NCBI GenBank assembly: GCA_025558095.1
Contig: JAIVFI010000004.1
Coordinates: forward strand, 744,001 to 808,000
Length of the DNA stretch: 64,000 bases
Reading direction: 5' to 3'
From: Hyaloraphidium curvatum SAG 235-1
Lineage: Eukaryota > Fungi > Monoblepharomycota
The first letter of the stretch is position 1. Each line of letters opens with the position of its first letter. Both the position numbers and the translations under genes were made by a program. Below, one piece after another: positions 10,297 through 21,336 of this stretch. Below the pieces are notes generated by a model, which was not told the DNA's origin, did not search any database, and worked only from the letters and a program-made list of their open reading frames with translations.

Positions 10297-11511
10297 CTAC
10301 TCGCCGACGACCTGGTCCGCGTTCTCCGGCGTCACCCTCCACCGTTCAGCGACCTCCTGCCACGGATCCCCGCGCCTGAAGCACATGACATTTGCCCACT
10401 TGCGCGTTTCGTCCAGCGCCTCGAACCAGTCGCATCCCCCGATCCTCCACACTCGCTTCCTGTTGGAGAGCAGGTAGCACGCCATGCCCGCGGCCTCGAG
10501 CATGTCCACCGTCCGCTTTAGGGACTCCTCCTGCCATCGCCCCACGAAGTTGTGCTCGAACAGCACCGCCCGCACGGCCCCGGAAAACAGCGTGCCGGCT
10601 GCGCCTCGGAGGATGGCCGGGTCCAGCCCCTCGGCGTCCACCTCCAGGAGGTCTATCTCGCCCGGGAACCCGGCGGCCGAGGCACGGGCGTGCCATTCGT
10701 CGACCGTAGACACGGGGACGGGGTCCGTGTCGTTGCCAGCTTCGGTGCCAAGCCTGCCGTTCGGGTCGCCCTCCGGCACGCGTGGGAAGTACAGAGTGCG
10801 GTTTGCCGGGCCGGGGCCGGCAAAGGCCAGGAGCGAAACGTCGATTTGCGGCACGCCCTGGCGCGGCTCGGCGAGGCCGAGGTGGGCGAGGATACGCGTG
10901 ACGAGGCCGACGTTGGCAGCGGCGGCATCCATGCACGCGATCCGTGGGGGTTCCGCGGGCGCCGGTTCGCGAGCGGTGTAGTTTTCCCTGCAGTTTCCGC
11001 ACGCGCCGCACTGGCCCTCCTTGAGCACGGGCCCGGATGTGTCCTTGACTGCCGTAAGCGCCCGCAGCCACGTTTGGCCGTCGACGACCCCTGCCGCGGG
11101 GGCGTACCGGCCCAGCCAACCCGCGAGATTGTATCCCCTGTTGCAGCCCACGTTGACAAGCGCCTTCGGGGGCGGGCCCGCGGCAGCCAGCGCGTCCCAC
11201 AGCGCGTCCGTCGGGCAGCCCGAGCCGTCGCGCCTCCGTCCGTCGACGCGGCGGAAGGCGGCGAGCACGGCCGGGTGCGGCGCACACTCGTGCGGCGCAG
11301 CCTGCTGAGAGGGCGCGGGTGGCGGCGGCGGAGGCGCCTCCGGAGCGGGGCACGGCGGTGCGGCGGGGCACGCCGGACTCTTTGCCATATCGACCTCGAC
11401 CGCGCGGGGCTCGGCCGCCCCCGCCGGCGTCTCGCTCCTCGGCGACGCCAGGGCGAGCACGGCAAGTGCCACGCACGCCACGGTGGCGAACAGCGCGGGT
11501 TTGGGCGCCAT
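10297..11511 (-). CDS. Membrane-anchored FkbM-family methyltransferase (Methyltransf_21); intronless
   Basis: ATG at 11511, signal anchor and Pro-rich stem, then LVNVGCNRGY, VSTVDEW and IDLLEVDAEGLDPAILRGA..L....VRAVLFEH. Confidence 0.85.
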   Translation of the reverse strand: MAPKPALFATVACVALAVLALASPRSETPAGAAEPRAVEVDMAKSPACPAAPPCPAPEAPPPPPPAPSQQAAPHECAPHPAVLAAFRRVDGRRRDGSGCPTDALWDALAAAGPPPKALVNVGCNRGYNLAGWLGRYAPAAGVVDGQTWLRALTAVKDTSGPVLKEGQCGACGNCRENYTAREPAPAEPPRIACMDAAAANVGLVTRILAHLGLAEPRQGVPQIDVSLLAFAGPGPANRTLYFPRVPEGDPNGRLGTEAGNDTDPVPVSTVDEWHARASAAGFPGEIDLLEVDAEGLDPAILRGAAGTLFSGAVRAVLFEHNFVGRWQEESLKRTVDMLEAAGMACYLLSNRKRVWRIGGCDWFEALDETRKWANVMCFRRGDPWQEVAERWRVTPENADQVVGE

Positions 11512-11657
11512 AACCGTGTGATTCGTGTTGTGTCCTGAATTCTTGACGTCCTTGATCGCGCACCGCGGGTTGCAAGTTGCAACTTGCAACCATGCAGTGA
11601 TCGGACGACGCACCGACGCAACCAAACACTGCCCAGATCTCTCCCAATCCCGACTCG

Positions 11658-12429
11658 ATGGAGCTTCCGCACGTCGGTAAGTGCCCATTTACCTCAATCG
11701 CTGCATGGCCGCCCGCTGACCGGCCCGGCAGGCCTCAACTGCGCCAACGCCGCGTGCCGGCAGATCGACTTCCTCCCCTTCACCTGCCAGTACTGCGAAC
11801 AGAAGTTCTGCAGCGAGCACTGGAAACTGTCGGGACACTCCTGTCCGAAGAAGCACTTGGCCGAGGAGGGCGACGTTCGGGTTCCCATCTGCCCGCTTTG
11901 CTTGAAGCCCGTCCCGGTCGCGCGCGGAGAGGATCCCAACCTCAGGGTGGGCGGCGAGCGCTTTCCGGCGAATGCTGCACTGTTAATAGCGCCGCCTCCA
12001 TTGCGCCAGGTGGACGACCATATTTCGAAAGGCTGCACGAACCCTGGCACTTCGGTGTCCTCCGCTCCGGCCGCAAAGGCCTGCTCCTTCCCTTCCTGCA
12101 AGGAGAAATCCTTGGTCCCCATTGTCTGCGGACGCTGCAGGCGGAACTACTGCGTCAAGCACCGCCTGGAGCGGGACCACGCGTGTCCCGCGGCGCGGAC
12201 GCCCTCGCCCGGCGCGGGGAAGCCGAACCCGGCGCAGTCGAAGGCCGCCGCGGCCGCTCAGTCACGGGCGGCGGCGCAGGCGGACAGGGAGAGGCAGATG
12301 AGGGAGGACGCGGAGCTCGCGGCGGCGTTGCAGAGGTCCATGGACGAACAGGCGCGGGGGTCGGGGACGGCAGCGGCGGCCGCCGGCGGCGGCGGAGGGA
12401 GGAAGAAGGACGGGTGCTCCGTTTCCTGA
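11658..12429 (+). CDS. ZFAND2B: AN1-type zinc-finger protein, AIRAPL/ZFAND2B-like (two AN1 fingers, UIM, CAAX box)
   Basis: MELPHVG|LNC...DFLPFTCQYCEQKFCSEH; VPICPLC; second AN1 finger CGRCRRNYCVKHRLERDHAC; UIM EDAELAAALQRSM; terminal CSVS. Introns at 11677-11731 and 11947-12009. Confidence 0.85.
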
Positions 12430-12489
12430 CGGGTCGCGGATGTTTCAAGAAGCTGGTTCTATTCCAAACGGCATGGATCCGCCGGATCT

Positions 12490-14236
12490 CTACTCGTCGA
12501 TGCCGTCGGCGGCCCCGCACTTGGAGCACTCGCAACGGAACCGGAACGCCTTGGCCAGGGCGGCCTGCCTCTCGGCCCCGTCCTCGATCCCGCCCACGGG
12601 GCGGTACATGACCGTGACGTCGTCGCCGGCCTTGATCGCCTTGGCGGCGACCAGGGAGAGCACGTTGTTGCCGCCGCGGAACTCGACCTTGGCGCTGGGG
12701 TCGCAGCTGTGGGCCAGGTACGCGGCGACGTGGTACAGGCCGGCGCCGACGGGGGTGGGGGCCGCTTCCGACATGCGGATGTTTTCGGTCGACTGGAGGG
12801 GGCGGGGGATCAGCGGGGCGGGTGGAAAACGGCCGCAATGAGCCAACCTCGGGGGCGAACGGCGGCTCAACCGTCTGAACCGCGATGGCGTTGTAGAGCA
12901 GCTTGCCCTTGAGCATGCGATACCGCTCCTCGGTGAAGACTAGAAGAGAAGCACATCAGGTCAGACCCATCGATATGGAACGTCCGCGGCAACTACCCAC
13001 ACTCGTCAAATCCGGGCTGCAACGCCGCCATGAGGTCCGTGACCAGCTTCGCCTCCTCCGCGTCCTCCGGGTTGGGCTTGATGTCCATGTACTGGAGCTT
13101 GTCCACGTGCTCCCAGACCGACGTCTCCTCGGCCGCCTCGGCCCCGGCCTCGGCCTGCTCCGCGCGGGCCTTTTCCTCGGCAACCATCCGGCCCAGGAAC
13201 CGCGCGATCATCATCGGGTACTTGGCGTTCGTGGCGATGCAGTGCTCGACGAGAGCGGAGAGGGCGGCTTTGGGACCGCTGACGAGGTGCTGGCGGGGTC
13301 CGATCAGCCGGGATCAGGAGCGAGTGCCGTCGAGCCGGCCAACCTGGTTGTACTCCTGGTTCGCCTTGTCGCGGCACGCCTCGGAGCAGTAGACCCATTT
13401 GTCAAAGTCGTTGTCCGGCACCACCGACTCCTTGTCGATCTGCTTGTCGCAGTAGGAGCAGAACCCGTCGTTCTCGAGCGCCGGGTCCAGCGAGCCCACC
13501 AGCGGGCCCTCGGTGAACACCACCTGGCCCGGCTCAAAGTCCTCCAGCGCCACGAGCCCGCGCTTCAGCACGCCGCCGTCCATGCTCTGCTTGAGCTTGA
13601 CCTTCATCTCCGCGGGCGGGAAGTTGTCAAAGTACTCCTCCTGCTTCTTCTTTATATCGGCCGCCATCATCTCCATGAGCAGGTTGAACACCGGCTCGGG
13701 GACCGAGCGCTGGAAGAGGACGAGCAGGTCCATGGGGTTGGGGTACACCTTCATAGCGCGGTAGAAGGCGGTGGCGGACATCTCGAAGAACTCGGGACCT
13801 GGGTCAAACAGATCAGCGGGGCCGAGCAAGCAAATTTGGTGATTCCACCTTGCCGGAACAGCGTCTCGCCCTTTTGCAGGTTTTCCATGAAGTACTGCTC
13901 CCGTTCCTCGGGGCTCGAGGGGATCGGCTCATCCTCGGGCAGCGCGACGGGCGCCCGCGCGGGGGACGCGGTCTCGGACCGCTCCTTCTGCGCAGCCTCG
14001 CGCTGCTTTTTCGCCTTCTTGCGTTCGGCACCTGCGGACACCTTGAGCATTTGCACGGCGTGGAGCGATTGCGTGGACGCACTGAGCTTCTTGCGGAACT
14101 CGGGGTCGTTGCGGCGTTTCTGGTCGAACCACACGGCGTAGCCGACGCCGGCCACCGCTAGCACGCCGACCGCGGCGATGATGGCCGTCCGCGTGGAAAT
14201 GCCCGCCCCGGGCGCACCGCCTTGCGAGTCCGCCAT
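12490..14236 (-). CDS. TOM20: Mitochondrial import receptor Tom20 fused to a C-terminal SET/MYND (SMYD-like) domain; spliced
   Basis: GYAVWFDQKRRNDPEFRKKL and FYRAMKVYPNPMDLL..FQRSVPEPVF are Tom20 signatures. The same exon continues into KRGLVALEDFEPGQVVFTEGP and CSYC..YCSEAC; the last exon has GLYHVAAYLAHSCDPS, IKAGDDVTVMY and FRFRCECSKC. Confidence 0.88.
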
Positions 14237-14431
14237 TTGTTTGTTCGTCGCTTGGTGGCGCCGGACTCGTCACGGCTTGGCTCGATTTGCGATCCCCCAA
14301 GCACGAACGAGAAAGCTGGACCACGGCCTAAAGGGCGCAGAAGAGAGCAAACGCGTTAGAATGGGCAATGAATGGGTATTAAAGACAAACACAGACAAAG
14401 AGGCCCATTGTTCTTCGGTGCCCGAGTCCTC

Positions 14432-15287
14432 TTAAGAAAGATCCTCCCGCGGTGGATCGGGCGCCGGTTTCGGCGTAAGCTTCGCCTCTATCCATGGCAG
14501 CAGCAGGTCGAAGCCCACGGTGAGGGCGATCGCACCCCCGGCGTAGAGCACCAGCTTCCGTGTCGAAGACATCTTCATCGTCTCGGCGGATGTCCGCAGA
14601 TCCGCCAGCTTGACGGCAAGCGTCTGCTGAAGGTCCAGAGTTTTGCCCTCGAGCGCTTTGCCCTCCTCGGCCTCCTCGGCTTTCCGATTCGAATGCTCGA
14701 CGCTCATGTCGAAGCGGAGTTTCCCCACGGCCTCGTTCAATCGGTTCCCGATAGAGTCGATTTCGGCCTGCAGCTCCGAGATCTCACCTCGGAGCTCCGA
14801 AGTGGCCTTGCTCCGTACCATATGGAGCTCCGTCCGCAGATCCTGGAGCCTAGAACGGAACTTGTAGATTGAAGTTTCAAGTTCGAACCGCGACACGGCC
14901 TGGCGTCTGACGGCCGCAGAAGATTCGACGAGCAGCTCGTCGAGGACCTGCATGATCGCCACGGCTGATCCATTTGAGGGAAGCGGCGACCCAGACCAAG
15001 GGTAGAACCACGACGAGTCATGACCTGTCAGGAACCCATGCGGACCTCGCCGGCCACCGACGACAACCACCTTGCTCACGAGTGAACTTCTCCCTGTAAA
15101 TGCAAGAACACGGTTAATAATGAAATGCTCCGCAAAGGCCTTCGAGGGTGCCGGACCTTTCGAGGCTCCGAACTATTCGGTACGTGTCGATGGAGGACCG
15201 CGACACCGAACGACGCGGCGCAACAAGGCGAACGTGTCGGATGAAGCACGCAGAGCATGCTTGACGTGATATTCGTGGTGCAAGCAT
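14432..15287 (-). CDS. DUF1640 (CCDC90/MCUR1/Fmp32-like) mitochondrial coiled-coil protein with C-terminal TM; spliced
   Basis: Arg-rich presequence MLAPRISRQ..; spliced head IDTYRIVRSLE-REKFTREQ-AVAIMQVL matching the DTxxxVxxLExxxFTxxQAxAI pattern; coiled coil; C-terminal hydrophobic segment. Confidence 0.75.
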
Positions 15288-15383
15288 CCTCTCAAGCTCG
15301 AACTCGACGTCTTGATTGATTCCAAGCCTTTGCCCCGCGCAGGTTGCGTCGCCAATCCGGACTCCACCGCGCCCGGCGTCGCC
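15288..15383. promoter_or_regulatory. Probable bidirectional promoter between the DUF1640 gene and proteasome beta2
   Basis: The divergent start codons at 15287 (-) and 15384 (+) are separated by only 96 bp. Confidence 0.6.
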
Positions 15384-16511
15384 ATGACGCACCGCATAGC
15401 CGAGCCCTCGAGGGGCTTCAACTTTGAGAACTACCAGCGGTGCGCGCGTGCCCGGCACCGCGGGGGACGCGTCTGACGCGCCTTAGGAATCTCATGCTCG
15501 AGGCCTCCGGCGTCAAGCCGCCCAAGGCGCTTTCGACGGGAACCACGATCGTCGGCCTGATCTACAAGGTACGACGTCGCGTCGGCGGGCGCCGGCGGGC
15601 GCTGATCTGGCGCGCAGGACGGCATCGTGCTGGGCGCCGACACGCGGGCGACCGAGGGGCCCATCGTCGCGGACAAGAACTGCGAAAAGATCCACTACCT
15701 CGCGCCCAACATGTACTGCTGCGGCGCGGGCACGGCGGCGGACACCGAGTTTACGACGGCGCTCATCTCGAGCAAGCTGGAGATCCACCGGCTGAACACG
15801 GGCCGCGAGGCGCGGGTTGCGACGGCCATGACGATGCTGAAGCAGATGCTTTTCCGGTGGGTTTGATTCGTGTAGTCCATGCGGACGCGTTTCTCAAGTC
15901 TCTTGGGTTCCCGGATGCAATCGGGCCAACAGATACCAGGGCAATGTCGGCGCTGCCCTCATTCTCGGGGGCGTCGACTTCAACGGACCCCAACTCTTTA
16001 CCATCTACCCTCACGGCTCGACTGACAAGCTCCCTTACGTCACCATGGGCTCGGGCAGCTTGGCTGCGATGGCCGTCTTCGAGGCCGGGTGGAAGCCGGA
16101 CATGGAGGTCCGTTGAGCTTCCATGCTGTCTCCGCGTGCGGTTTCTGAGTTGCTTTGCGGATCGCAGAAGCAGGACGCGATGGATCTGGTCAAGGACGCC
16201 ATCGAGGCCGGCATCTTCAACGACCTGGGATCGGGCTCCAACGTGGACCTCACCGTGATCACCCAAGGCAAGGCCGAAGTGTTCCGCAACTACGCCAAGC
16301 CGAACGAGCGCGTCGCCAAGGAGCTGAGCTACAAGTTCCCGAAGGGGACGACCGGTTGGTGTTGGCTGGCTTCTTTGCCGCTGGGCAGCGTGTTGACGGT
16401 GTTCTATTCACAGCGATTCTGAAGGAGGACATCCGCAAGTACGTGGTCGTGACCGAGGTCGGTCAACCGGTGCAGGGTCCGCAGGCGATGGAAGTCGACA
16501 CCACAGCATGA
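15384..16511 (+). CDS. PUP1: 20S proteasome subunit beta 2 (trypsin-like); multi-intron
   Basis: Propeptide GFNFENYQR|N, mature N-terminus [67 protein letters not shown]. Confidence 0.97.
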
Positions 16512-16607
16512 TGTACATACCCGCACGCCTCTATACCAACCCTCCGCCTTCCTCCATCGTTCGTGTCGTCCATCTTCTCAGTCTCCGGCTCGCCTTTCCA
16601 AGCGACC

Positions 16608-17358
16608 TCAGAATTTGACGTTGCCGAAGGTGGGACAAAAGTGCTTGATCGCGGCCAGGGCGTTCGGGCCGCCCGACTTTTGCAGCGACCTCAAGGTCCC
16701 CTCGACGAGGTCGTCCACATTCTCGCCGAAGCGCTGGCTGTACTCGATCGCATCCGACGTGCGACCGCGGTTCGTGTGCCTTCCTTTGAATCCCGCGAAG
16801 CCAAGATATGAGATCGCCGGCACAAAGTGGGAGTAGTAAGGCACCAGCTTGCCACCCACGCGCGGGTCGGCGCGGAGCAGGTGCTGGATAGCCCGCATCG
16901 TACGGCACACGATGCGTGCGTCCCTCGTATGCAGTGCCCGGGTGATCGGGAGGATGCAGTGCGGCACCGCGGCGAGGATGCGGTCGCCCACCCCGGCGAG
17001 GTTCAGGAGGTCGGAGAGGGCGGCGGTGGCCAGGCCGGCGAGGTTGTCGTTCTCCTCGCACAGTCCTTCGAAGAGGGTGGGGAGGTAGTGGGCGAAATCG
17101 ATGCTCGAAGGTGGAGCGCGCCACGCGACTTTCGAGTGCGACGAATGGGAGAGCGCGAAAGCGAGGTCGCCGCGGCGCAGACGCCGGCGGAACGAGGTCG
17201 ATGAGACGTAGTCTGAGGCAAATATGTTGAGCTTTGTCGCTGTTGGCAATGGCAACGCCGTTGCCCGCACCTGGGGATTCGCGCAGGTCGGTACGCGCCA
17301 GCTTCTGGGAAGGTGGAACGCTGCCCTTGGGCGCAAAGTACCCGCCCGTGGACACCAT
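16608..17358 (-). CDS. PACRG: PACRG (parkin co-regulated) family protein, divergent; one intron
   Basis: FRRRLRRGDL, KVAW, IDFAHYLPTLFEGLCE, ILPITRALHT, VGGKLVPYY, DAIEYSQRFGENVDDLVEGTL..L...GGPNAL..IK...PTF. Confidence 0.85.
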
Positions 17359-17479
17359 TGTGCTTTCGCACACTGTGGCGATGAGCGCACACGAGCGTGC
17401 GGAGGCTTGCTTGGGATCGACCTCGACAGAATTGCAGGAAGATTGAAGACCGGAGTCCCAAAGCAACTCCGACCGTTTC

Positions 17480-18643
17480 TCATTCAGCAAACAACCTGGG
17501 ATCTTCCCCATACAAAACATCTCTGAGCAAAGATCCGACCACCTTGACATTCAGGGAATTGCCAATCGCCCTGTATTGCGACTTGCGTGAGAGGTCGCCG
17601 GGAAATGCGAGACCGTGGATCGGCATGGCCGCAGCAGATGATCTTTCTGCCTTCTCGCCCCCGGCACCGTCATCCGCGAGGTTCGAATCGCCAGCTTTCC
17701 GGCTGCCATGCCCTGAATCGAGGTCCACGGGGAAGCAGTGCAGTCGCGCGATCTCAATAGGCGTGAGCACCCGCAGCCGTAGCGGCAACAGGGTCTCCGG
17801 CTTCTTGAAATCGTACTCGGCCTCGGCCGTCTGCAGCCAGGGTCCCGTGCCGACGACAAAATGCGTCGCGTAGCTCGCCGTGAAGGCCGACGTCTTTCGG
17901 TCTGAAGGCCGGACCATGTCGAAAATGAAGCCGTGCCGCGGCAAAATCCACCTGGGCGGGACCAGCCAGCTGTCAATATCCTCATTGGGAACAGAAAGGA
18001 AGTCCGAAAGCGGGGGAGGTACGGCCGGTTGGGCGTCCGATGGGGCAAAAGGGGGCCACGTTCGGTAAATGGGCAGGCCGCGCTCCAGATAGGGCACTTT
18101 GGCCGGCATTTCGTCCCAATCAACAGACGTCAGGCGCCTTGCCGCGAGATAGTACCGCTGCCTATCGTTCGGCACGCCAAAGTCCAGGGACGTGAGAATG
18201 AATTCCATGATCCGGCATCCGATAGCCTCCAGGCTCTGGACGAGCAGCCGCCGGCACTCGGAAACCTCGAACCCCACAACATTCTCCAGCAGTATTGCCG
18301 TCGGCGGCGATTTCATCGCCGGCAAGGCCTCTACAAGGTTCAGCAAGCCGGCACTCCTCTTGTCGAGGTGGTCCTTTTTGGCTCCTCCCCTCATGTAAGG
18401 CTGACAGGGCGGCGAAAGCAGCCACAAATCGGCCCTGTGCTCGTCCAATGCCGAAACCGAGAGCCTCTCAATGGCCGTCGGCGTCGGGCGGTGCCCAAAG
18501 TTGCGCTCATAGCAGAGATTCGTGTGCGGTGCAATGTCGAAGGCCGCAACGACTTCATGAGGCAGGCGAGCCCATTCCAGCGCGTAGCGTAGGCCACCGA
18601 TTCCGCAAAAGAACTCGACCGTCCGAAGAGGAGGCCGGGCCAT
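17480..18643 (-). CDS. TRDMT1: DNMT2/TRDMT1 tRNA (cytosine-38) C5-methyltransferase; intronless
   Basis: EFFCGIGG (motif I), LLSPPCQPY (IV), LLENVVGFE (VI), FGVPNDRQRYY (VIII), LRVLTPIEIARLHCFP (IX), QYRAIGNSLNVKVV (X). Confidence 0.92.
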   Translation of the reverse strand: MARPPLRTVEFFCGIGGLRYALEWARLPHEVVAAFDIAPHTNLCYERNFGHRPTPTAIERLSVSALDEHRADLWLLSPPCQPYMRGGAKKDHLDKRSAGLLNLVEALPAMKSPPTAILLENVVGFEVSECRRLLVQSLEAIGCRIMEFILTSLDFGVPNDRQRYYLAARRLTSVDWDEMPAKVPYLERGLPIYRTWPPFAPSDAQPAVPPPLSDFLSVPNEDIDSWLVPPRWILPRHGFIFDMVRPSDRKTSAFTASYATHFVVGTGPWLQTAEAEYDFKKPETLLPLRLRVLTPIEIARLHCFPVDLDSGHGSRKAGDSNLADDGAGGEKAERSSAAAMPIHGLAFPGDLSRKSQYRAIGNSLNVKVVGSLLRDVLYGEDPRLFAE

Positions 18644-18814
18644 CGCAGGCCCTGGAATGAAAGCAAGGCCGTTCCTGTTTGTATGTTTCTCGATCCGCCA
18701 ATCTCGTCTGGTCACCTCCCACCAATACGCAGTTGAGCGCTGCTCGCGGCCGATTTAAGTTGTTCTGAAGCTAGTTTCTGACTTCTCTATCGTCGGACGT
18801 GGTGGACTGGCTCA

Positions 18815-19834
18815 ATGGCCGAGGAGGCGCCAGCGGACGCCGAGAGCAACGGCCCTTCGCTCACGGAGCTTCCGCCGGAGCTCTTGCACCGGATCTATGC
18901 CTTCCTCGAGATTTCATCTCTCCGGTCCCTCTCCCTCACATGCCACCGAACCGGATCCCCGGCTACTGCGCAGCTCCGTATCCTTCGAGTCCTCTCGCAC
19001 GCCGCCCTTGGAACCGTGAGCTGCGCGCCGGACTGCGAGCAGGAGAGCTGCACCACCGAGTCGCGGTTGAGACGATCGGGAACGTCAGCCGTGGAGCTCG
19101 TACTGCGGTTGTATGGGGAACTTCGCGATCTGAAGCAGATGACGCGGGCCTCGTGGACCAGGCCGCCGGATTTCGCTCGCTACGCCGATCGGCTGGGGGT
19201 CGACGCCGCGCTCTGGCTGGATCAGTGGTCAACAAGCGATGTTCTTCTGGCTGCTGCTCAAGGTCCCGAGGAACCGCTCGGCGCGGCGGTGTCTGAGCAC
19301 CGGGACGACTTCCTCGTGTTTCTCGATTGGATGCACGATTTCCGGCGCTCGGTCAAGGCCGATGCCTTGGTTTTCCTCCGCGCATTCAACGCGGATCCGC
19401 AGCTCATCGATGGCTTTGATTCCAGCGCCTCCGTTGCCGTCTCTGGGGAGGATTTTCTCAGACAGCACCTTGCTGATGCCCTCTCCCACCTCCGCAACCG
19501 CGCAGCGTACCTCTCTAGGGCGCTACCAGCCGCCCATTGCTCACCGCACGCCGAGGATCTTGTCGCAGCATCGGCATCTGGCGACCTTGCCACAGCCGTC
19601 CTGGACGTGCTCCACGGGTTCCTCGCCGAGCCCGAGGCGAGGTGCACGGTGCTCCCCGGCTGGCTGGCAAGGGGCAGGACCATAGCAGACCTGGCGGGAG
19701 GGGACGTGGCCGAGTGGAAAACCCTGCCTTGGGAAGGGGACAGGAAGGTCTTTCTCTGCAAGGATAGGCTCGACGATCTGGGCCCGGGAGGTGTGCCAGA
19801 GACCATCGATAGTGAAAGGATCATGATGTTTTGA
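18815..19834 (+). CDS. F-box-like protein
   Basis: N-terminal LTELPPELLHRIYAFLEISSLRSLSLTCHR matches the F-box consensus; the remainder is not recognised. Confidence 0.65.
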   Translation: MAEEAPADAESNGPSLTELPPELLHRIYAFLEISSLRSLSLTCHRTGSPATAQLRILRVLSHAALGTVSCAPDCEQESCTTESRLRRSGTSAVELVLRLYGELRDLKQMTRASWTRPPDFARYADRLGVDAALWLDQWSTSDVLLAAAQGPEEPLGAAVSEHRDDFLVFLDWMHDFRRSVKADALVFLRAFNADPQLIDGFDSSASVAVSGEDFLRQHLADALSHLRNRAAYLSRALPAAHCSPHAEDLVAASASGDLATAVLDVLHGFLAEPEARCTVLPGWLARGRTIADLAGGDVAEWKTLPWEGDRKVFLCKDRLDDLGPGGVPETIDSERIMMF

Positions 19835-20014
19835 AGTAATTCAATTTTGAGAGGCACATTTTCTTTCATCCGACCTCCGTCGCTGGTGCCGTGACCGGTA
19901 GCCTGAAATTCAAGAAACAAAGCTGGACATAGACACAGTAGAGCAAAGTTGGGTATCATCGCATGTACGGGGGTATGGAAGGCCATTTCGTCACCCTCCT
20001 AGTAAAACTGGTCT

Positions 20015-21076
20015 TCAGGCCGCCCTCCGAGCGATGGACATCGGCGCTGGGGCCGTCGCCACGTTCGGCCCGCCCTCCTTTGACGCAGCGGTTACGTTCT
20101 TCCTCCCGCAGCAGTAACCCCACACGCGCATCTGCTTCTGCACTGCATTGTGCTCCTCAATCGTGCCGGGTATCCTGGCCGCCACGGTCGGGTTCTGCCG
20201 GATGATGTCGAAGATCCAGGCCCGGTACGGGTACAGTTCCCGCATCTCGCCCTTTTCTTTGCCCTCCTCAAAACCCTTGTCCTCGGGTTTAGGATTCCGC
20301 GCGGGCATGCTGTCGACGACGTACATCTCCAGGCCTCGTTCCTTGGCGAGGAAGGAGAACCAGACGTCTGCGCCCCACCCGGGTAGCATTGGGGAGTAGC
20401 TGTCCATAAAATCCAGCGCAAACTGCGACGAGAAGATCGGCCAGGTCATTTCCACGAAGGGCACTTTCCGGAGCTCGGCCGGCAGCCCATCGCACGACCC
20501 CTTCGTCGGCGAGCAGTGGCACGCACACCCCTGCGGAAGCAGCTGGCCGTAGCTCACGCGGCCCCGGCGATCGTGGGCGGGCGAATACACTGCCGCCGTC
20601 GGGTGCGAGGCGCCGTGGGCGGCGACGTCGGCCAGCAGCTTCGACACGTTCCCCGCGGACAGCGGAATGTCGTCGTCGAACGCGGCCAGCCATTTGTACG
20701 ACGAGATCAGGTCTCTCGAAAAGATGGAAAATGCCCAGAGCAGCTGGAATTTGGTGCCGCGGGCGCGGAACGCCGTCCGGACACGCGGATCCGACTTCAG
20801 CTGCTCGAACCGTTCCGGGCTGTTCCCGTAGTACGCCAGCGCCACGTGGGCCACGGCCGCGTCGACGTCCAAGAACGGCCATTCGCCCGCCAGATCGCCC
20901 ACTGCGGAGAAGAGCAGCGCCGGCGGCAGGGCGGGTTTCGGGGCGGGCGCGGTGTCCGGCACAAAGGCGAGGCCGAGCGCGTCCGGCACACGCGGTGGTC
21001 GCTCCGGCGGATGGTGGGCCCCGAACGCCACGAACGCCGCGAGCGCCAGGGCGAGGAGGAGCCCCAGACGTAGCAT
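20015..21076 (-). CDS. Type II membrane DUF707-like putative glycosyltransferase, tandem copy 1; intronless
   Basis: Signal anchor; GTKFQ, YKWLAAFDDDI (DxD), YSPAH, FVEMTWPIFS, GWGADVWF. Confidence 0.7.
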   Translation of the reverse strand: MLRLGLLLALALAAFVAFGAHHPPERPPRVPDALGLAFVPDTAPAPKPALPPALLFSAVGDLAGEWPFLDVDAAVAHVALAYYGNSPERFEQLKSDPRVRTAFRARGTKFQLLWAFSIFSRDLISSYKWLAAFDDDIPLSAGNVSKLLADVAAHGASHPTAAVYSPAHDRRGRVSYGQLLPQGCACHCSPTKGSCDGLPAELRKVPFVEMTWPIFSSQFALDFMDSYSPMLPGWGADVWFSFLAKERGLEMYVVDSMPARNPKPEDKGFEEGKEKGEMRELYPYRAWIFDIIRQNPTVAARIPGTIEEHNAVQKQMRVWGYCCGRKNVTAASKEGGPNVATAPAPMSIARRAA

Positions 21077-21336
21077 CGGCGGGGAGGAAGTGGTCGCGGC
21101 AAACGCGCAATGATCACTTGGTCATCCTGCTAGGTTCCCCGAAACTGGACGTGGCAGATCGTTTTGCGCAGTGTTGATAAATGTAAGCTGATTCATTACG
21201 GTACAGGCCCTTGACTCTTGCAGTGTCAAGGCGGGTATCGATTCGCGATTCGCGACGCAGATGCCCGACCCTCCGAGCCACTCCATGGCGAGCTCGGTCG
21301 ACGCAGTCCCCAGTGCCCCTAGTACCAACCCCTAGG

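Noticed and set aside
1677-11511. Bacterial operon, contaminant or giant-virus insertion as the source of the intronless glycan genes
   Set aside because: The genes carry eukaryote-style type II anchors, resemble the host in GC and codon style, and are interleaved with spliced housekeeping genes. No viral hallmark, integrase or transposase gene is present.
11947-12009. Stop-free in-frame introns (also in Tom20 and at 46070-46135) as regulated intron retention
   Set aside because: These are expected by chance for short GC-rich introns, and there is no evidence without transcripts.
17480-18643. Restriction-modification or DNA-defence methyltransferase
   Set aside because: The motif pattern (SPPCQPY, ENVVGFE, GNSLNV) fits DNMT2 tRNA methyltransferases, and there is no adjacent nuclease.
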